DNA of 64,000 nt from Clostridia bacterium (GTDB lineage: Bacteria; Bacillota; Clostridia; Oscillospirales; RGIG8002): positions 21,594 through 85,593 of the forward strand of contig JAFZQJ010000032.1 of NCBI GenBank assembly GCA_017620395.1. Reading direction: 5' to 3'. Under the pieces are notes generated by a model. That model was given only the letters and a program-made list of their open reading frames with translations. It ran no database searches and was not told where the DNA came from. Positions within the stretch are counted from its first letter, which is position 1, and each line of letters opens with the position of its first letter. A program made the translations under genes and the position numbers. Shown in pieces: positions 61,133-64,000 of this stretch.

Positions 61133-61158
61133 GGTCTCACCTGCCGTTCGTTACCGAG

Positions 61159-61187
61159 ATTATACAATCAATTGCCTACTATGTCAA
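61159..61187 (-). promoter_or_regulatory. perfect consensus sigma-A promoter of the nifS-nifU-metY-cysK operon
   Basis: Minus strand reads TTGACA-tagtaggcaattgattg-TATAAT (17-nt spacer), about 27 nt upstream of the nifS ATG. Confidence 0.75.
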
Positions 61188-61197
61188 TAGGTAATTG
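61169..61197. promoter_or_regulatory. imperfect inverted repeat over the nifS -35 and spacer, candidate Rrf2 operator
   Basis: CAATTGCCTA-n9-TAGGTAATTG (9/10 arms). A related TTGCCTA word sits in the rrf2 promoter spacer (61236-61242). Confidence 0.5.
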
Positions 61198-61230
61198 AAA
61201 AATTTTTTTGAAATTATTTTCGGGCGGCTC

Positions 61231-61260
61231 TTGATTTGCCTATTTAACCTGTGGTATAAT
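61231..61260 (+). promoter_or_regulatory. promoter of the Rrf2 regulator gene
   Basis: TTGATT (61231-61236), 18-nt spacer, TGgTATAAT extended -10 (61252-61260). Confidence 0.6.
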
Positions 61261-61280
61261 AGGCGAAAGAGGTGAGCGAA

Positions 61281-61676
61281 ATGATCTCGACCAAAGGACG
61301 CTACGCCCTGCGCGTTATGCTCGATCTCGCGGAGCACGCGGACGGCCCGACTCCGCTGAAGGAGATCGCCGAGCGTCAGGAGATATCGAAAAAGTATCTG
61401 GAAATAATCGTGCGCGAGCTCGTCCGCGCGAAGCTGATACGCGGCTCCAGCGGCAAGGGCGGCGGCTATACGCTCTGCCGCGCGCCTGAGGAATACACCG
61501 TAGGCGAGATACTCGCGCTGACGGAGGGCACGCTCGCCGCCGTCGCCTGCCTCGCGGAAGGCGCGGAGAAATGCCCGCGCGCAGCGAAGTGCCGCACGCT
61601 CCCGATGTGGTCCGAGCTGGACGGCCTGATTCACGATTACTTCTATTCGAAAAAGCTCAGCGACCTGATGAAATGA
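61281..61676 (+). CDS. Rrf2-family transcriptional regulator (IscR/CymR-like)
   Basis: MISTKGRYALRVMLDLA N-terminus and three Cys (CLAEGAEKCPRAAKC) compatible with a cluster-binding Rrf2. ATG 61281 preferred over GTG 61272. Confidence 0.85.
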   Translation: MISTKGRYALRVMLDLAEHADGPTPLKEIAERQEISKKYLEIIVRELVRAKLIRGSSGKGGGYTLCRAPEEYTVGEILALTEGTLAAVACLAEGAEKCPRAAKCRTLPMWSELDGLIHDYFYSKKLSDLMK

Positions 61677-61691
61677 GCGAAAGCCAAACGA

Positions 61692-61723
61692 AAACGCCCT
61701 CCCGCGGGAGGGCGTTTCTTTTT
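61692..61723. terminator. bidirectional intrinsic terminator (rrf2 / pyridoxamine kinase)
   Basis: AAACGCCCTCCCG / CGGGAGGGCGTTT followed by CTTTTT. Confidence 0.8.
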
Positions 61724-61729
61724 ACGCTT

Positions 61730-62557
61730 TTATTTCATCGCGATGAGCTCGGGGAGCGTCGCCTCGAAGTCGACGCCGTACCACGGCTTATCCGCGCTTT
61801 CAAGCGTGACCTCGATTGTGCGCGCGGTGTAGTCCGCGGCGATGCGCATCGCGTCGCGCCAGTCGCGCCCCTTCATTATCTCGCCCACGCAGGCGCTGGA
61901 GAAAAGGTCGCCCGTGCCGTGATAGACCGCGTCCACGCGGTCGTTCTGATAGACGTAGTATTCGCCGCTTTCGCGGTCGAAGCCCATGACGCCGGTCTTG
62001 CCCTTCTCGAGCGAAACGCCGGTGATGACGTTGACCCGCGCGCCGAGGTCGTTCATGCGGCGCAGCAGTTCCTTGATATAGTCGACGCCGTATTCCTCGC
62101 GGTAGTCCATACCGGTCATCAGCGACGCCTCGGTGATGTTCGGAACGACGATGTCCGCGCCGGCGCAGAGCTCGGCGTTCTTCCTGACGTAGTCCATATC
62201 GAAGGCGGGGTAAAGCTTGCCGTTATCAGCCATGACCGGATCGACGAAGATCACGGTGTTTTCGCCGCGGAAGTCGCGGAAAAGCCGCTTTATCATGTCG
62301 ATCTGCTCGATCGTGCCGAGGTAGCCGGTGTAGATTGCGTCGAACTTCACGCCCTCGCTCTTCCAGTGCGCCGTTATCGGCTCTATCTGGTCGCTCAGGT
62401 CCTTGCAGGTGAAGTTTTTGAACATCGTGTGCGTGGAAAGCACCGCCGTCGGCAGAATGACCGTTTCCGAGCCGAGCGCCGATATGACCGGCAGCGCGAT
62501 CGTCAGCGAGCATTTGCCCAGGCAGGATATATCCTGTACCGTCAAAACCTTTTTCAT
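61730..62557 (-). CDS. pyridoxamine/pyridoxal kinase (ribokinase superfamily)
   Basis: LTVQDISCLGKCSLT, IYTGYLG, DPVMADNG and GTGDLF motifs. Confidence 0.75.
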   Translation of the reverse strand: MKKVLTVQDISCLGKCSLTIALPVISALGSETVILPTAVLSTHTMFKNFTCKDLSDQIEPITAHWKSEGVKFDAIYTGYLGTIEQIDMIKRLFRDFRGENTVIFVDPVMADNGKLYPAFDMDYVRKNAELCAGADIVVPNITEASLMTGMDYREEYGVDYIKELLRRMNDLGARVNVITGVSLEKGKTGVMGFDRESGEYYVYQNDRVDAVYHGTGDLFSSACVGEIMKGRDWRDAMRIAADYTARTIEVTLESADKPWYGVDFEATLPELIAMK

Positions 62558-62607
62558 AATACCCTTCCTTTCGGCAGCGGGGCGCGCCCCGCGAATAGAA
62601 TACTACG

Positions 62608-62635
62608 AGTATAACACAGTTTCCGCGAAAATCAA
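62608..62635 (-). promoter_or_regulatory. promoter of the pyridoxamine kinase gene
   Basis: Minus strand: TTGATT, 16-nt spacer, TGtTATACT. The short leader carries a GCGGGGC/GCCCCGC hairpin. Confidence 0.55.
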
Positions 62636-62738
62636 GTGAAAAAATATGAAAATTTTGTAAAACATATACTCGCTGCGGTCAGTGACAAGGCCTGTACGCC
62701 GATAAAGACCGCCGTACCGCTTGCGCCGCCGAGCCCGG

Positions 62739-62778
62739 AAAAAACGGGAAACGGACAAGGCGCCGCCTTGTCCGTTTC
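62739..62778 (-). terminator. intrinsic terminator after the GGDEF gene
   Basis: Minus strand: GAAACGGACAAGGC-ggc-GCCTTGTCCGTTTC followed by CCGTTTTTT. Confidence 0.75.
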
Positions 62779-62811
62779 ATCTGCCGCTTTCAAATCACGG
62801 GTTTCATCAGT

Positions 62812-63954
62812 TTATTTCAGCGTGAGCAGTCTTTCCTTCAGTTCGCGCTTGCGCTCGTACATTTTGTTATCCGCACGCTCGAAAACCGTATTGTAATCGT
62901 TGTCTTCGCCGCGAACGAAGTCGCTCAGGCCGCTCGATACGACAACAAGCCCGTTCTCCTGGTTTTCCTCAACCTGCCGATTGAAATCCTCAAGCAGCGC
63001 CTCTCTGTTGCGGTAGTCGTCTCCCTCGAGGAACGCGACGAATTCGTCGCCGCCTATGCGGAATACCGGACTGCGCTTGAAACGGGTGCAGATCAGCTCG
63101 GCGGCGCTTTCCAGATATCTGTCTCCGGCGTCATGGCCTTCGGTATCGTTTATTATCTTCAGGCCGTTCAGGTCAAAGACCACGGCCGCGAACTCCTCAA
63201 CGTCGCCGTTCTCAATGCGGCGGTCCAGCTCGGCCTTCGCCTCGGCGTAGGCGTGCGGGTTTTTGACTCCGGTGAGCGAGTCGGTGTACGCCTTATGCCG
63301 CGCCGTGCCGAGCTCGAGGCTTCGCGCCTTTCTCTCATCCTCGATAATGAAAGCGTGGATGAGGCAGGTCGTGATAAGACAGCCGATCGCGTAAAGCGGG
63401 AGCAGCGAGAACCACGTCTGCGCTATGATAAACACCGACATAACTATGCCGGAAAATCCGATCGTGCGGTGGTGGAGACGCGATTTGCCTTTTGTCTTCA
63501 GCGCCACGATGAGCGCGTAGACCGAGATCGCGAGGAACATCAGCAGCTGAAGCGCGAGCGTAAAGTGCCTCACCGCTCCGGGTTGATAGCCGTTGTTCTC
63601 ATCGAAATAGTACACGAGCCGCCAGCTCGGGAATATATAGTTCAGGATCAGCGTTACGAAGGTATAAACGGGTATCAGCCAGCCGATGCAGAGCAGCATC
63701 GTACTCCCCGCGCTCTTTCTGCCGAGGTAGGCGACGACGTATCTGACCCAGAGCAGCACGGATACCGACATCAGCATAAAGTAGACGGCTGTATCCAGAT
63801 TCAGAAGCGTCATCAGCTTGAAGTGATCGAAAAGCCCCCACAGGACGTCCGATACGTAGTACGCCAGTACGCTGAACAGAAAACGCTTGTAAAGAATCTT
63901 AACCTGCGCGTCGGCGTCCTTGCTGGCGCTGAGGACGTTGTGGTTGATGATCAA
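62812..63954 (-). CDS. membrane-bound GGDEF-domain diguanylate cyclase
   Basis: Six or so N-terminal hydrophobic segments, then DSLTGVKN and RIGGDEF. The start codon is uncertain (TTG at 63954 or an internal ATG). Confidence 0.75.
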   Translation of the reverse strand: MIINHNVLSASKDADAQVKILYKRFLFSVLAYYVSDVLWGLFDHFKLMTLLNLDTAVYFMLMSVSVLLWVRYVVAYLGRKSAGSTMLLCIGWLIPVYTFVTLILNYIFPSWRLVYYFDENNGYQPGAVRHFTLALQLLMFLAISVYALIVALKTKGKSRLHHRTIGFSGIVMSVFIIAQTWFSLLPLYAIGCLITTCLIHAFIIEDERKARSLELGTARHKAYTDSLTGVKNPHAYAEAKAELDRRIENGDVEEFAAVVFDLNGLKIINDTEGHDAGDRYLESAAELICTRFKRSPVFRIGGDEFVAFLEGDDYRNREALLEDFNRQVEENQENGLVVVSSGLSDFVRGEDNDYNTVFERADNKMYERKRELKERLLTLK

Positions 63955-64000
63955 CGTTATTATTAAAGATAGTAACCCGAAGCTCGAGTAGTAAATCGAG

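Overview
This is a high-GC (about 60-65 % by eye) chromosomal segment of a spore-forming Firmicutes/Clostridia-type organism. That placement rests on gpr, soj-spo0J, the rimP-nusA-ylxR-ylxQ-infB operon and two dockerin-bearing secreted proteins. I support 53 protein-coding genes. Most are housekeeping or central metabolism: ackA, tmcAL, malic enzyme, fumC, an icd-type dehydrogenase, serS, rlmB, trmL, nifS-nifU-metY-cysK with a divergent Rrf2 regulator, and a pyridoxamine kinase. There are also two TetR-controlled accessory operons (GPH transporter / GH36-like / unknown GT-B-like protein, and MMPL / heptad-repeat lipoprotein) and several large secreted proteins. I recognised no rRNA, tRNA, CRISPR array, cas gene, transposase, integrase, phage gene or classical defence or toxin-antitoxin pair, so I cannot point to a novel protein-encoded system with confidence. 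The unusual content is non-coding or borderline. (1) Nearly every long intergenic gap is built from several families of short structured repeats with conserved boxes around variable, covarying hairpins. Some form 210-230 bp composites with about 60-nt terminal inverted repeats that abut stop codons. Two long copies of one family sit in frame inside a coding region. (2) A low-GC four-helix-bundle (23S-IVS/Avd-like family) gene lies exactly between soj and spo0J, bounded by 51-nt direct repeats and arrays of GCGATAT-plus-hairpin modules. (3) A P-type-ATPase homologue with degenerate catalytic motifs is translationally coupled to rlmB. (4) A 1450-aa secreted protein carries near-identical internal tandem repeats. 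All product calls come from motif recognition by eye. No database search, alignment statistic or structure prediction was run.
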